Made by a program: the position numbers and the translations under genes
NCBI GenBank assembly: GCA_958009085.1
Contig: OY253689.1
Span: forward strand, 1-64,000
Direction of reading: 5' to 3'
From: Protoeuglena noctilucae
Lineage: Eukaryota
Length of the DNA: 64,000 nt
The notes under the pieces: generated by a model
What the model was told of the DNA's origin: nothing
The model's input: the letters and a program-made list of their open reading frames with translations, nothing else
Databases searched by the model: none
In this document: in pieces, positions 35,875-49,041 of the stretch
Layout: the number at the start of each line of letters is the position of its first letter
Position numbering within the stretch: position 1 is the stretch's first letter

Positions 35875-37560
35875 ATGAACGATCTGCTGGGGGGCGCGGG
35901 GGGGCAGAGGGGTCGCCGGCAGCTCGACGCCGATGACCTCGAGGCCGGGACCAACTGGGGCCAGGGAGCGGGTGAGGGCGCGAGTTATCGGTGCTCTTTG
36001 GTGCCAGAGTGAAGAGGAGATCGAAGGCTTGGTGGACAGCGCGCGGGGTGCCGCGAGACCCCGGGGACGTGCAGGTTTCGTCCCGCGTGTCGACATGACC
36101 GTCGCGGGACAAGGACGCGTCACGCCGCGCTGCTCGCGCGATCGTGGCGGCGTTGGTGCGGGCGTGTCTCTAGCGAACACGGAAAAGAAGACAACTGTGC
36201 CACGTTTGCGGCGCTAGGCCGCCATCGGGCGCAGAACGGGGCAGTTGCGCGTGTGGGCTAGCGTGCGCCCCCCTGCAGCGCGCCGGAGCATCCGTCCGCC
36301 CTATCTTTCGTGCAGGTGGCAATGGTTACGGTGGGAATTATGGCAGGGGTGGTCCCGGAGAGACGGCGGGCTTCGACGGCATCCAGGGCGGGGGGGTGAG
36401 CGTGGACACTGCAGGATGCTGCGCCGCCCCGCGTCGACCGCGCATCCCGGCGCCGGACCCGGCCTTGGCCCGCTCCGTCTCATGCAGGCATCCGACGAGG
36501 TGGAGGAGTTAAACAACGCCTTCTTGAAGGAGGTCAGCAGCATCCAGGAGCAGCTGGAGCTCATCCGGGAGGTGCACAAGAAGTTGGAGCGGACCAACCA
36601 GCAGGCCAAGCTGGCGACGCAGCCGAACGAGATATCCAAGTTCCGGGAGAAGGCGCAGCAGGACATTACGGTGCGCGGCGCCGCAGCCAGAGAGAGGGTG
36701 CCAGGGGCGGTGGTCCTGCCTTGCTGTGTCTTCAAGCGCCCCGCTTCTCCTGCGCAGGAGGTGTCCAAGCTGGCCAAGACGGCCAAGTTGCGCTTGGACG
36801 GCCTGGTGCAGATGGACCAGGAGCTGCAGGCCAAGCCCAACATGGGCCCGGGGACGCCGAGCGCCCGGATGCGCGAGTCGCTGACGGCGGCGCTGCGCCG
36901 GAAGCTGGCGGGGATCATGCAGGAGTTCAGCCAGATGCGGACGCGGCTGCACGACGAGTACCAGGAGGTCGTGGAGCGCCGGGTCTTCACGGTCACGGGG
37001 CAGAAGCCGTCGGCCGAGGAGGTCGAGGGGCTCATCGAGGTGAGGGGCGCTGGGAGACGGGGGTGGGGCGGGACCTGTTGCTTCTACAAATGCCTCATCT
37101 GGCATGGCTGCTGTTCCTTCTTAGCGTGTGTATACAAGACAGCGAACCGAAGCCTGGGAAGCAACCACTTCCTCCCGCTCCTCTGCAGACGGGCAAAGCC
37201 GAGACTATCTTCCAGGAGGCGATCCTGGAGCAGGGCCGCGCGAGCGTGATGAACACGGTGGAGGAGATTAAGGAGCGCCACCGGGCCATCCAGCAGCTGG
37301 AGCGCAGCCTGATGGAGCTGCACCAGGTCTTCCTCGACATGGCTGTGCTGGTCGAGGCGCAGGGGGAGATGCTGAACAACATCGAGGTGCACATCAAGAA
37401 GTCCCAGGACCACGTCGCCCAGGCGAACAAGGAGTTGCAGGGGGCCAAGGAGCAGCAGCGGAGCATGCGCAAGTGGATGTGCATCGGCATCATCATCGGC
37501 CTCATCCTCCTCCTCGTCATCGTCGTGCCCGTGGCCAGCATCCTCTCGCGACACAAGTAG
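35875..37560 (+). CDS. Plasma-membrane Qa-SNARE syntaxin (SYP1 type); 5 exons
   Basis: MNDLL N-terminus, Habc region (VERRVFTVTG), SNARE motif EIKERHRAIQQLERSLMELHQVFLDMAVLVEAQGEMLNNIE and a C-terminal TM helix. Confidence 0.95.
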
Positions 37561-37895
37561 CCAGCATCAGCCGGTCTCTAGGCCCGCACTTTCGCAGCTC
37601 TGCTGCCACACGAGGCACCGTGTGGCCTTGTCTTGTCCTGGACCTACCTTGCCGCAGGGAGCCCATGTCCGGTCGCTTCGAGAGCTGTATAGGGTCATTG
37701 TTAGCAAAGGATCGATGAAAGCGTCACACGACGCGACCGGTCGCGGGCTTCACCCAGCTGCAGCACGAGGCAAGCTCGGGTCCAATGCCGCCCCCGGCAT
37801 CGTTACGGTATCCAATTTGCAACTGCTGAACGCACCGATCGGCATCCAGCCTCGATTAGAAGCGCGCGCGCTGTTTAGGGGCGACGAAAGACGCG

Positions 37896-38520
37896 ATGGG
37901 GCAGCAGGCCAGCAAGCAGGTGAGCATGGCTTCGATACAGACGCTGTTTGTGACTCTCTATCTCTGCCCGAGGGCTGGAGCACTCTCGCTGGCAACTTGT
38001 ATTGGTTGGCGCCCTATCGCCGCATGTAGGCCTCGTCTCTGCATGCCAATCGCCGAAACGAATACCTGCCGGTCTTGGCCTTGCTGCTGTGCGCCGCGGA
38101 CTTTCTCTGGTGGATGCGCGGGGGTTGACACGCTCACCTGATTGCGACGGAGCCATGTAATGCCATCATGGCCCTTTCTCCCGACCAGGACGGCGTCACC
38201 ATGACGGTGAAGATGACCTGCAACGGTTGCGCGAACGCGGTCAAGAAGGCGCTCGGCAACGTGAACGGTGAGCGCGGCTTTGGACCCAACCGTGGGCCCG
38301 CGCCCCACTGGCGGAATCCGGGGACTCCCGCCGTACGGCAGGGACCTGGTCAGTTGCGTGCGTTCACGATGACTTCACCGACGCCGCGACTGGCCACGCA
38401 GGCGTGACGGAGGTGCAGACGGACCTCGACAAGCAGAAGGTGTACGTGAAGGGCACGGCTAGCCCGCAGGACTGCCTCAAGGCCGTGAAGGGCACCGGCA
38501 AGGAGTGCTCGCTGGACTGA
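37896..38520 (+). CDS. ATX1: ATX1-like HMA copper chaperone; exons 37896-37919, 38189-38267, 38402-38520 (alternative in-frame start 38168)
   Basis: MTCNGC (MxCxxC) motif, GVTEVQTDLDKQKVYVKG and C-terminal KGTGK. Confidence 0.88.
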
Positions 38521-38578
38521 GATGCCGCGTGCGATGCTCTAGGCCGCGCTGCCCGCGCTAGGCGTGACGGCGCTCCCT

Positions 38579-41500
38579 CTAGGCCGCGCTGTCAACGCCC
38601 TCGTCGGTCCCTCCCTCGTCCCCCTTGCCCCCGTCGCCCGCCGCGGCCGGCGAGAAGATCTGGATGCGATCCCTCGGCGCCGGGAGGTGCGAGGACGTCT
38701 CCACCACCACCGACCACACGTAGGGCACGAAAAAGTCCTCCGGGGAGGCCTCCTCCTCGTAGCTGAAGGTCAGCTCGGCCACCTCGTGGCGCAGCGCCAG
38801 CTCGGGGGGGAGGGGACCGTCGAGGCGCCCCCGGATGACGCCCATCACGTCCTCCACCGTCCGCTGCGACTCAAGCTTGTCGCGGAGGTCGGCATCCACG
38901 GCGGCCTGGAAGAAGCCCACGACCTGAGAGGGAGAAAGAGGAAGAGATTGCCATGGTCGCGACGCAAAGCTATGCAACTGGGGCGGCTCGTGACAGATGG
39001 TGGCGCCCAGACACCCCCCGTCAGTCATGTCGGTGCCATCCGTCCCTCGCCTGCTCGATGTTGGCCAGCAGCCTCCCCGTGGCCTCCAGCTCCTCCGCCC
39101 CCGCCCCGCTCGCCCGGCACGCGGCCTCCTGCGCCACCGCCGCCCGCCCCACCACCTCCTGCTTGAGCAGCAGGGCGTAGACCAGCTCGGGGTTGGCGGT
39201 CAGTGCCCTCCGCAGCGTGTTGTTGATGATCTCCAACAGCACGTTCAGGGAGCTGCGGTAGACGCCCAGCTGAGACACGAGGCCCTCGGGGGACTCCTCA
39301 CGGGCCGCACCCACCGCCTCAGTCAGCCTGCGACGGCCAAGGTGTGCGGAGTGGTCTCGCCGTCCGCAGAAGCACGGGTGGCCTGCACCACGAGATCCGC
39401 ATCCCCTGCCACGCCTGGCTCACTTGTTGGCCAGCACCTCGATCTTCCTGGCGTACAGGTCGACGAGCACCATCAGCCGCTGCGCCGCGTAGGGCACCAG
39501 GCCCTGCAGCGTGGGGGCCAGGTTGGCAAGCACCGCCTGGGTGTTGTTCTGCACGAACTCGTCCTTGAGCTTGACGACGTTGAAGTGCGCGCACCGCATC
39601 AGTACCAGGAACATGAGGCTCTCGAGCGGGATGTTGGCCAGCATGCGCTCCTTGAACCACGGCACGAGGGGCACCTTCTCCCTGGAGGCAAGAGAAGGAA
39701 GGCGCGTTGGGGATGCCGCGTGGATGCACTCAACCGGTCCTGCATTGCACCCGCTTGGCGTAGGCTCACTTGTGGATGGCCTCCGTGAGGTGGGGCGACT
39801 GGGTGAGGATGAGCAGGACGATGAGGAGGAGGTACATCTGGCTGGTGGAGCGGGCGTCCACGGAGTAGAGGGAGTGAAGGAGGAGGACAAGGAGGGACGA
39901 CAGGGGGGCGGCCTGCGGTGGGTGACATGGGGCAGGTGAGAGGCCATGTGACGCAGAGCGGGGGTGGTGCTGCCTTGTTCTCGCTCAGACCTTGAGGACG
40001 TGGTCGAGGAAGAGGCGAGAGCCGTGGAGGAGGGAGTAGAGGAGGAGGGTGGCCAGCTCGGTGTCGAGGTGCTGGCAGACGGCGTCGAAAAGACCCGCGA
40101 AGGGAACGCGGGGGACGCCGTCCCCAGGGCCACCCCCCGCGCCCAGCTCAGCCGCCACCGCAGACGCCGCCCGGGCGGGGGCGGCGTCGCGGAGGGCCCG
40201 GATGGAGGCGCTGCGGGGGTGGGGACGAGGCGATTGATCCCAACATGTCCTGTCAAGAAGTATGAAGGAAAGAGCTCACCCAGCAGTTGCCCGTGCCGTC
40301 ACCGGAAGGGGTTAGGTTTGCCACCGAAGGGCGCGTGGTGGAGGAGGACGAGGAGGAGTCGCAGTGACTCGGTGGCGAGGTGGGCCGCGCCCGCGTCGCC
40401 CGAGAGGAGACCCACCGCGCGGGCCGAGTAGCGGACGGCGGTTACGGGCGCGAGGGCCACGGAGGCCACGGCGCCGGTCAGGTACGAGAGCGTGCCCTGA
40501 GCGGACTCCTGGGGGGTCGGGGGCTCCCACAGGGGCGTGCCGGGAGGCGCAGGAAAGCGCTCCACCACGCGCTGCGAGGGGGAGGGAGGGTGCAGGTGAC
40601 TTGTGGGGGAGGCAGGTGGAGGGCACATGCAGGCGCTTACGATCCCGTGTCGCCTTGAGGAGGGCCTCCGTGAGCCGCGCGGCCGCGGTGCCCGTGGAGC
40701 ACTCGTCGACGAGGGCCTCGGTGTAGGGGTGGGCGCCCTTGCCCGCGCACGGGAGCGTCGTGTAGAGCTGCGTGTCGCACATGGTGAGGAGGAGCTGCGG
40801 GGAAGAACGGACCTCGTCAGTAGCACTAACCACGCTGGTTGGAACGACCGCCCCCGAGTGTACGGCTCCTAGCTCACCCGCGTGGCCTGCATCATGGCCA
40901 GGTAGGCGTGCTCTGTTGGTGCGGCGCTGCTGAGGAACTCGGTCAGGGCGCGGATGGCCACGCGGATGACCGAGTCGCGCGCAGCCTGGGGACCTGACTT
41001 GGCCGGCTGCACCCCCTCCGGGTCCTGCACAAAGGCCTCCCGCTCGGCGTGGCTGAGGTGGGCGTTTGAGTGCTCCACGAAGAGCTGGGTCAGAGCCATG
41101 GCATTGATGGCCCTGCAGGAGACGGGGGGAGAGTGACGCCGTACATGCGCTCCCGGCCCTCGACAGGCCAAGCGCAGCGCCCGACGCGCATGCGCCGCAA
41201 CCCCGCACCGGTAGGGGACCGAGGTAAGGGACTTGCACGCCTTGACGGTGTCGGCCATACGCAGGAGCATGGTCTGGAAGTTGTGCGTGGCCGTGTTGTT
41301 GGACTCGAGTCCCACGCAGAAGGGCTCGAGGCGCTTGGCCAGCTCCCATGGGTCCGCCCTGGTCAGCGCCGCGGACTTGAAGTCGAAGAACTCAATCCTG
41401 CGTCATGGTATGAACCAAGGCGCCTCGTGGAGGGCACAGATCGGCGCGAGAAGGTCACGGGCGGGCAGGGGGACGCGGCGCAGCAAAGCGCCCTTGCGGA

Positions 41501-41645
41501 GTTGAAATCTGGGCGCACGCGGCGACCGATGCCTCCCTCCGGCTCACCAGAAGTTGTCATGGGTATCGATGCGCTCCGTTCCCGCCAGACGCGCGAGCAG
41601 CGCCTCCTTGCCCTCGAGGAGTTGGGACGAAGAGGCGTTGCCCAT
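38579..41645 (-). CDS. DYM: Dymeclin (DYM/HID1 family Golgi protein); ~10 exons
   Basis: MGNASS N-terminus, SNNTATHNF, LANLAP...YAAQRL, LLEIINNTL..ALTANPELVYALL and LTFSYEEEASPEDFFVPYVW. Confidence 0.92.
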
Positions 41646-42286
41646 CGCGGGTGGCGTCCCCCGCGGGGATCCTCCGCGCCCCCGGCGCCGCGACGATGCC
41701 CCCCGTTCCACGCCGAGGTCAGGGTCCTGCTAGGTCGATCCAGCCGCTCCGGCCTCGTCAGCTCACCGCGCACGAACGCGCATCGTGTCCGTGACTGGCA
41801 AGCGATCTCAGGAGCAACAGAGCGCGCGTTCCCGTGAGCACCGATGGCAATGACACGACACAGCTCCGTGACACGCGCATCGCCTGCCCATCGCAAGGTT
41901 CTGCGCCTCGTCAGAGTCGTGTACTGGCAGCGGCGATTTGCCAGCTTTCGTTCCACAATGCTCCGCCAGCAAATTAGTCTCGTATATTTTTCAACCGCTG
42001 CTCCCTCACCTGTCGCTCGTCCTCGTCACGTTCAATACTCGCGAGCCAAGCAACATGCGGGGGGCGGCGGAATGCTCCCTGCGCTCGCCAGTGCAGGCTC
42101 CTGGAAGGTGAGGACTGTGTGGCGAGGGCGACGGGAGCGCCGGTGACGCAGCGGCTTGCAGGGCAAGGCTGTTTGCCACGGATTGCTGCGGTCCTGGCTT
42201 TGTCGAGCGGTGGCAGGAGGCGCTTCTCAAAAGCGCTCTCACATCCTTGGGGTCGGAAATTCCAGTTGGCGTAGCCTGACGGGGCC

Positions 42287-44139
42287 ATGCTGCGGGGCTG
42301 GCGCCGCACACCTGGCGTGTGCCCGCGGCCACGCACGCGCCAGAGGAGGCGCCGCGGCAGGACGCGGCCTAGCAGCCCGTTCGTCGCCCGACGCCAGACT
42401 GATGGCTCTCTGCGGGTCGGCGCTCGGGGTCCCGGGTCCCAGACGCACGCAAGCAGGCAACTCTGCCGACACGTGACCGCAGGGCGGGGCCTCTCCCAGC
42501 ACCCGGGAGGGCTCCCGCGCAGCGGTCGGCCCCCTTGCTCCCGGCGAGGCGCACTGCTGGGCTTGCGACTCGTCCCGCCGCGGTGCCCTTCCTGTCCAGC
42601 GTGGCCGCGACGGTGGCCAGCTGGCCTGCCGCTGCCGTGAACGCGGCGGTGGTGCTGGGCGTGGCGGCGCTGGCGCTGGCCATCAAGCGCGTGTTCGACA
42701 CGCCGTCCCGCACCTATAACGCGAACGTGGGGCAGGAGTACGACCGCTGGACGGAGGAGGGCATCCTGGAGTACTACTGGGGCGAGCACATCCACCTGGG
42801 GTACTACACGGAGGAGGAACAGAAGCGAGGGTACCTGAAGAAGGCGAGCGAGGATGGATCATGGACGATGGACTCGATGCAACTGCGACAAGACTGGTAC
42901 CAGCCTTCCTGTGTGGCCTGTCGGCTCGCGACCGCCCACCGTGCTGTCCCCATGATGATGCGCAGGACTTCATCCAAGCCAAGTACGACTTTGTGGACGA
43001 GATGCTGAAGTTCTCCGGGACCAAGCAGCCCAAGCGCATCCTGGACGTCGGGTGCGGCATCGGGGGCACCACGCGGCACCTGGCAGCCAAGTTTCCGGAC
43101 GCCGAGGTCATCGGCATCACGCTGTCGCCGCAGCAGGTGCAGCGGGCGAACCAGCTCGCCAAGGATCGGGGCTTGAAGGTGAAGGTGGCAGGGGGGACAA
43201 GGGAACGCAGCGGAGCAGAGAGGAGTGGTGGGTTGGTCCGCCTGAGCACCTGCATAGAGCTGGGCCGCAGAACGTGAGCTTCATGGTGATGGATGCCCTC
43301 AAGATGGGGTTCGAGGACGAGTCGTTTGACCTGGTGTGGGCGTGCGAGTCGGGGGAGCACATGCCCGACAAGAAGAAGTACGTGGAGGAGATGAGCCGCG
43401 TGCTGGCACCCGGGGGGGACATGGTCATCGCGTGCTGGTGCCAGAGGGAGGAGGGGGACCGGTGAGGGCTTGCAGAGTGAGTGGGAATCTCCATGAAAGG
43501 GCATTTGATCTGTCGCATCAGCGCCTTGCTTCCATCCCGCGCAGGCCCTTCACTGCGGAGGACAAGAGCGCCCTGCAGTTCCTCTACGACGAGTGGGCCC
43601 ATCCCTTCTTCATCTCCAAGGCAAGTCCCGACCATGGCTGAGGCGACTGCTGCTGCTAATAGTCCATGCTTGCTGGCATGCCCTGCTCTGAGCGTGACCC
43701 TTGCTTTCCCCCAGGAGAAGTTCGGGGAGCTGGTGAGCGGGGCGGGGGTGTATGACGGGGTGCGGACAGAGAACTGGACGCGGCAGACGCTGCCCTCGTG
43801 GCGGCACTCGGTGTCGGTGGGCATCTTTGACCCCTGGATCGTGCTGTGGAAGGGCCTCACCCGGTGAGTATCTCGGCGCCATGCGACAGACCAGCAGCGT
43901 TTGCCCGGAAGGGAGCTCCTGGCACACCGGCTCCCCTGTGCCGTCGCTCTCGCAGGGGCCCCTGGGTGTGGTACATGGTGATGCGGGAGATTGTGACGCT
44001 GGAGCGCATGCACCGCGCCTTTGCCAGGGGTCTGATGGAATACGGCATGATCCGGGGGACCAAGCTCGAGTCCACGACAGCCACGGCGCTCGCGGGGGTG
44101 CCGCGCCCCGTGGGGCGGGGGGCGGGATCTTTCCGTTGA
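42287..44139 (+). CDS. Cyanobacterial-type MPBQ/MSBQ methyltransferase (tocopherol/plastoquinone synthesis), probably plastid-targeted; start uncertain (42287-42402)
   Basis: EYDRWTEEGILEYYWGEHIHLGYY, DFIQAKYDFV, ILDVGCGIGGT (SAM motif I), FDLVWACESGEHMPDK, EWAHPFFIS and TLPSWRHS. Confidence 0.9.
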
Positions 44140-44282
44140 CATTCTGGCTCCTTGGCCCGCGCGATTCAGGTAGCGACATCAAGCGTCCGCTAGCACGCAC
44201 CCATGCAGCCGCGGAGATAGACTGTGAGTTGCACTAGCATCAACCAAGCACGTGCTGCACGATGCATGTGAAGCTGGCTGCA

Positions 44283-46933
44283 TCACCGCCTTGTCACGTA
44301 CTTCCAGTACCGGTCGAGGCGGGGCTCATCGCCCTTCAGTGCCGACAGGGCATAGGCCGGCCAGGAGTCGTGCATCTTGCCTGCGAGGGCAAAGGCGGCT
44401 CTACGTCAGACGCACTGACGATCGCATCACATGGCACCCATTTCATTGCACAGCGAGGCAAAGCACCTGTTCGTGCAGAGGCCACGCCTGCCGAGCGTGG
44501 GCGGCCGTGCAAGGACCGCACCGGGGACAGATCCATGGACTTTGGCGGAGGGGGCTTGACCTGAGGAAGCAGGGTTCGCAGAAGCAAGCCTGTGCGCCAC
44601 AGTATGTCGCGAGCACCCTTGCAACCAGGCGCGCTGCACGCCTCACCAGCCCCCTCTGCAAGGCGCGGTGCCGAGCGGGCGTCAGAAGGTTCGCGTCCTG
44701 CCCCTCGTAGACGGGGCATGACATGGGGACCCTCCCCACGCGCCCCTGGATGGTGGCGGCGTCTTCCCGGGCTCGGTACGTCTCCGCCAGCCGCTGCACG
44801 AGGCCCTCGAACGAATCCCGGTGGCTCTCGACCAGAATGCGCAGGAGCTCCACGAAGCCCGCGAAGGACATGCCGTGCTCCCTCCTGTGATGGAATGCGA
44901 TGTCTCACATGCTCGCTTCTGCCACAACGAACCTCAGGTGTTGTTACCTTCCCTAGCCCAGCCCCACTCGCCTGGGATGGGGCGAGCCCCAGTCGACGCG
45001 CCTGGGCTGGGCCGTGTCGATCGCCCGCACAAACGCCACGGACAGCTCGTCCGACGCGTAGGGGGCGCGCCGGTCGCCACCGAAGCCCAGAAGGCCGGCA
45101 GTGCGGAAGATGCGGACGACTGCGGAGGCGTGGCGAGGAGCAGATCAGGCTTAAGCGAGGCAGAGACGCAACTGCCTGTCGCGCCACGCTCTCCGAGGAC
45201 CTCACCGTCGCGCAGGGAGACGACGGGCTGCCCCGAGACGCTCTCGCGGGCGCTGAGGAGGAAGATCTGAAGGATGCTTGGGCTTTCCCACAGGCTGGCT
45301 ATGCCACGGGGGAAGGCAGAGGCGCCGTGGAGGACGCCGATGGGCTGCAGGGTGGTCACCCAGTACAGCACGAAGTCCTCGCGCGAGAGGGCCTCCCCGT
45401 GCTTGAGGCGCCGGAATTCGGCCTGGACGACCTCCCCGGCCACGCGACGCCAGCCTGCCGAGACGGAGGCGTGACTCGCAGGATGCCCGGGGCCAGCGGA
45501 GGCCGCGTCCCCCGATGTAGGCTCCGGCATGGCCGGGTCCACTCGCGTTGTCTCACCCGTGGCTGCGAGTGCCGCGGTGATGCGCGCCGTGGCGAGGGAC
45601 GTGGACTCTGTGTCTCCGTCCTCCGCAGCCGCCTCTTTGTCAAAATGGCCGCCTTGGGCGAGGTCGTGCTGCAGACCCAGCGCCTGGCTCAGGGCTTCCG
45701 CGAACTGGGGCAGGTCCATGGCCCCGTCCCCAGCCACGCGTTCAAAGAGCCGCCCGCCCGTCGCCTCGTCGATGTCGGGGAAGAACAGCTGTGGGACAAG
45801 GGAGGCGTGTGGCTAGATGCCGGCAGGGCTGTGACGCACCAGCTGGCCAGACTAAGAGGCTGTGCTCGCCTACCTGAGCGGGCAACCTGAGCAGCAGCGT
45901 GCGCAGCTCGACGGGGAGGACGTGGTGCGTGCACGCGCCTCGGCGGTCCTCCACGCAAGGCAGGATGCTCGGCACCGTCATGCCCATGGAGCGGACGTGT
46001 TTCTGCGGTGATGGGCAGGCAAACACGTTCAATGTCGCTTGCTGATGCACAAGAAGGGAGGGCCCATGGTTGAGTGGAGGCCAGGGAAGCTCACCTGGCG
46101 CATGGACAGGTCGGCAACACGGGCGAGGTGGAGAGGGTGGCAGGCGATGGGTTCATCGAGCCTCCCGCCAGGTGACGCACTGGATGCGCACAAGGCGGCA
46201 GTCTCTTCGAGCTTCACACAAACCTGCGGGTGGCAGAAGCACACAGCACTTGCACATACGAGAATGGGAGACAGGTGCAGCACCTTGCATTTCACGCGCA
46301 ACCACTTCATTACCTCCTCGAGCATCTTGCCCCCCTGCACGCGCGGGCCCAGGCGCGCACGGACGAGGGCCACCACGATCGCTGGGCGCATCGACGTGTG
46401 CGTGTCGGATATCTGACGCCCATACGCCTCCATCTCGGCCTTCATCAGGCGCGCGCGCTCGATATGGTTGCTGACGGAGCGACGAGCGTCCGCAATCGCC
46501 TGGCGACGCCTTGCATGTGCGCCATCAGCGCCCAGGCTGTCTACCAGGGCTCGGAGCCGCTCCTCCGCGGCGCGAAGCTCCCCATCGACCTCGGCCAGGC
46601 GGCCTTCAAACAGGTCCGTAGCCAGCCGCGCGGCGTTCCGGGCCGTCGCCCTCCCCTGCGGCACGTGGCGCTCCATCTCTCTCTGCGTGTCTTGTCGCCT
46701 TAGCCTGGGGCGCCGGGGGCATCAAATCAGGTTGCAAGACTCGATACGATTTGAGTGATACACAAAGATAACATCCGTGTGAGACAATAGGGAAGAACTA
46801 AAGAGCGAGGGACACGGAGGCGACGAGACATGCACCGCGTCTCAACACCAGCCGAGCGCGACAGCCGGGCTTCGTCGGCTGGGCTGGGTACGCGCTTACA
46901 GCATATGGTCGTCGACATCGCCGATGCCTGCAT
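44283..46933 (-). CDS. Uncharacterised protein with N-terminal coiled coil and EF-hand/p25-alpha-like helical segments; ~9 exons
   Basis: Exons join in frame through consensus splice sites. Segments MDLPQFAEAL, LSREDFVLYW and VSLRD|VVRIFRTAGLL...ELSVAF...GMSFAGFVELLRIL. Last exon ...DRYWKYVTRR* ends at 44283. Confidence 0.55.
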
Positions 46934-47122
46934 TGTGCATCGGGGCTGGCCAACAGGTCCTGTTTCTTACATCCCGTGCGCAGGTCTTGAGCGCATGGGC
47001 AGGAAGCGTGCACGAGAGTGACGCTGGATCGCAACGATTCACGCGCGTACCCCCGCGAGCTGGCAGGCGCTGTTTTTTTGCGGATCCCCCCGGGGAGTGA
47101 CGTACGACGCACGCTGGCCGCC

Positions 47123-49004
47123 ATGGCCGAGATGACCAAGGCGCTTCTAAAGAAGGTGATCGAGCACGTCGTATTTCGGGGTGAATGTGCCGATGTGCGT
47201 GCGTCGCCACCCCAATCCCACTCCTCGCGACGCTGCGGCCCTCTCCAAAAATGGAACCGCAGGCGGCCAAGGACAACGGGGGCTACACGACACCGGAGCT
47301 GAATGACAAGCTCTTCCTCAACTTCCATGGATTCCACCGGCTCGAAAACCTTGAAGAGTACCGCGGCCTCCGCGCCATCTTCCTGGAGGGCAACTGCCTG
47401 GACTCGCTCGAGGGCCTCCCGGGTCCGTCGCGACGCCCGAGCCTGCGGTAGAGTGCCACCGCGCACGTACGCCTGACGGAGCCTCACCTTCTCCTCCCCC
47501 TTCCGCCCGCAGAGCTCCCTGAGCTGCGCTGCCTGTACGTGCAGCAGAACTGCATCCGGGAGATCTCGCATGCCGCGGGCGTGCGCAATCTGGACACGCT
47601 CAACATCTCGCACAACCGACTGAAGCGTGTGGACAACCTGGACCAGCTCCCGATGCTCACCAACATCAACCTGGCGCACAACTTCATCGGGACGAAGGAG
47701 GACATCGCCGGGCTCCTCCAGTGCCCGACCTTGAGGTGCAGGGCAGGCGGGGTCGCTGCGGGAGGGGTGTGTTGTGCTGAACGACCCACAGAGCGGCACC
47801 TTACTGTTGCCGCCCTCCTCTTGCCGCAGCGTGATTCACCTGAGCAACAACAAGATCGAGGACCCCGACTGCCTGGAGATCTTCAAGAAGATGCCTAACT
47901 TGCGGTGCCTGTACCTGCAAGGTGCGCGCGCGCGTGCTGCCATCCGCGGTGAGGGGCTGAGGGAGTGTGGGCCGCAGCCTAAGTCGACCTCCCGCCCCCC
48001 TGCAGGCAACCCGATCGTCTCCAACACGCGCCACTACCGCAAGAGCCTGATCGCGTCGATCAAGACGCTGTCTTACCTGGACGACCGCCCCGTCTTCGAG
48101 CTCGAGCGGCTGTGCGCCGAGGCGTGGGCCGAGGGGGGCCTCGAGGCCGAGCGCGCCGCAAGGGCCAAGGTCCGTGGGGCGGTAGCAAGGCGCTGCCGCT
48201 GCGTGTGCCCTGGGTGCGACAGTCATGTCACGCATCTCGGGGTGTCGTCCGTGTCTCTCAGTACAAGGAGGACCAGGAGGCACGCGACCGCCGCAACTTC
48301 GAGGCCATGCTGGAGATCAAGAAGGAGGCGTGGCGCCTGAAGCGGGAGCGGCTGGGGCTGCCGCCGGGGGACACGGACCCGGACATGGACGACATCTCGA
48401 GCGGGTGAGTGGCCCTGGCGGGGGCGAGGGTGGTGTGGGTCATTGTTGCAAGGGCCTCTCATCGTGCTGTCTGAGAACCATTGCTCAATCCCCGTGCAAT
48501 CGCAGGTCGGTGTCGGACGAGGACGAGCCCCCGGAGCTGGTGGAGGCACGGCGTCGCCTGGCGCAGTACAGCGCGCGGCCGGGGGAGGAGGAGCCGGTGG
48601 ACCTGACCGAGGCGCGGAGGGACCTGGCGAGGCGGGGTGTGCCCATCGCAGAGGGGCGGTGGGGCGAGGGGGACGTCGACGAAGGGGGGCTGGGCCCGGG
48701 TGAGCGGACGGCTGGCGTGTGCGTGCGACGGGCTGTCCGGGCCCAGCCTGCCGCTACCCATGCGCATGGGCTTTATCATGCAGACCGGAGCGCGACGTCG
48801 ACTGTGGCCAACGGCGCGCACGAGGTGGATCCCAACGAGAGTCTGCTTGGCGCTCTGAGGGAGCTCGGGCAGGCGGCGGGGCTGGGCACCAGCGCAGAGC
48901 CAAGGGACACTGTGGACGGCGTGGGAGAGGAGGAGCGGAAGGCTGAGAAAGACCCACATGCCGGGGCGCGCCCGCCGACGGACGAGCTTGACGGCATGGA
49001 CTGA
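47123..49004 (+). CDS. DNAAF1: Dynein axonemal assembly factor 1 (LRRC50/ODA7); 8 exons
   Basis: [36 protein letters not shown]22-like LRRs, and LRRcap GNPIV..HYRKSLI...[27 protein letters not shown]. Confidence 0.95.
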
Positions 49005-49041
49005 GTGGCTGCTTGCTTGGCGTTCAAGTGTCCCTAAGCCA

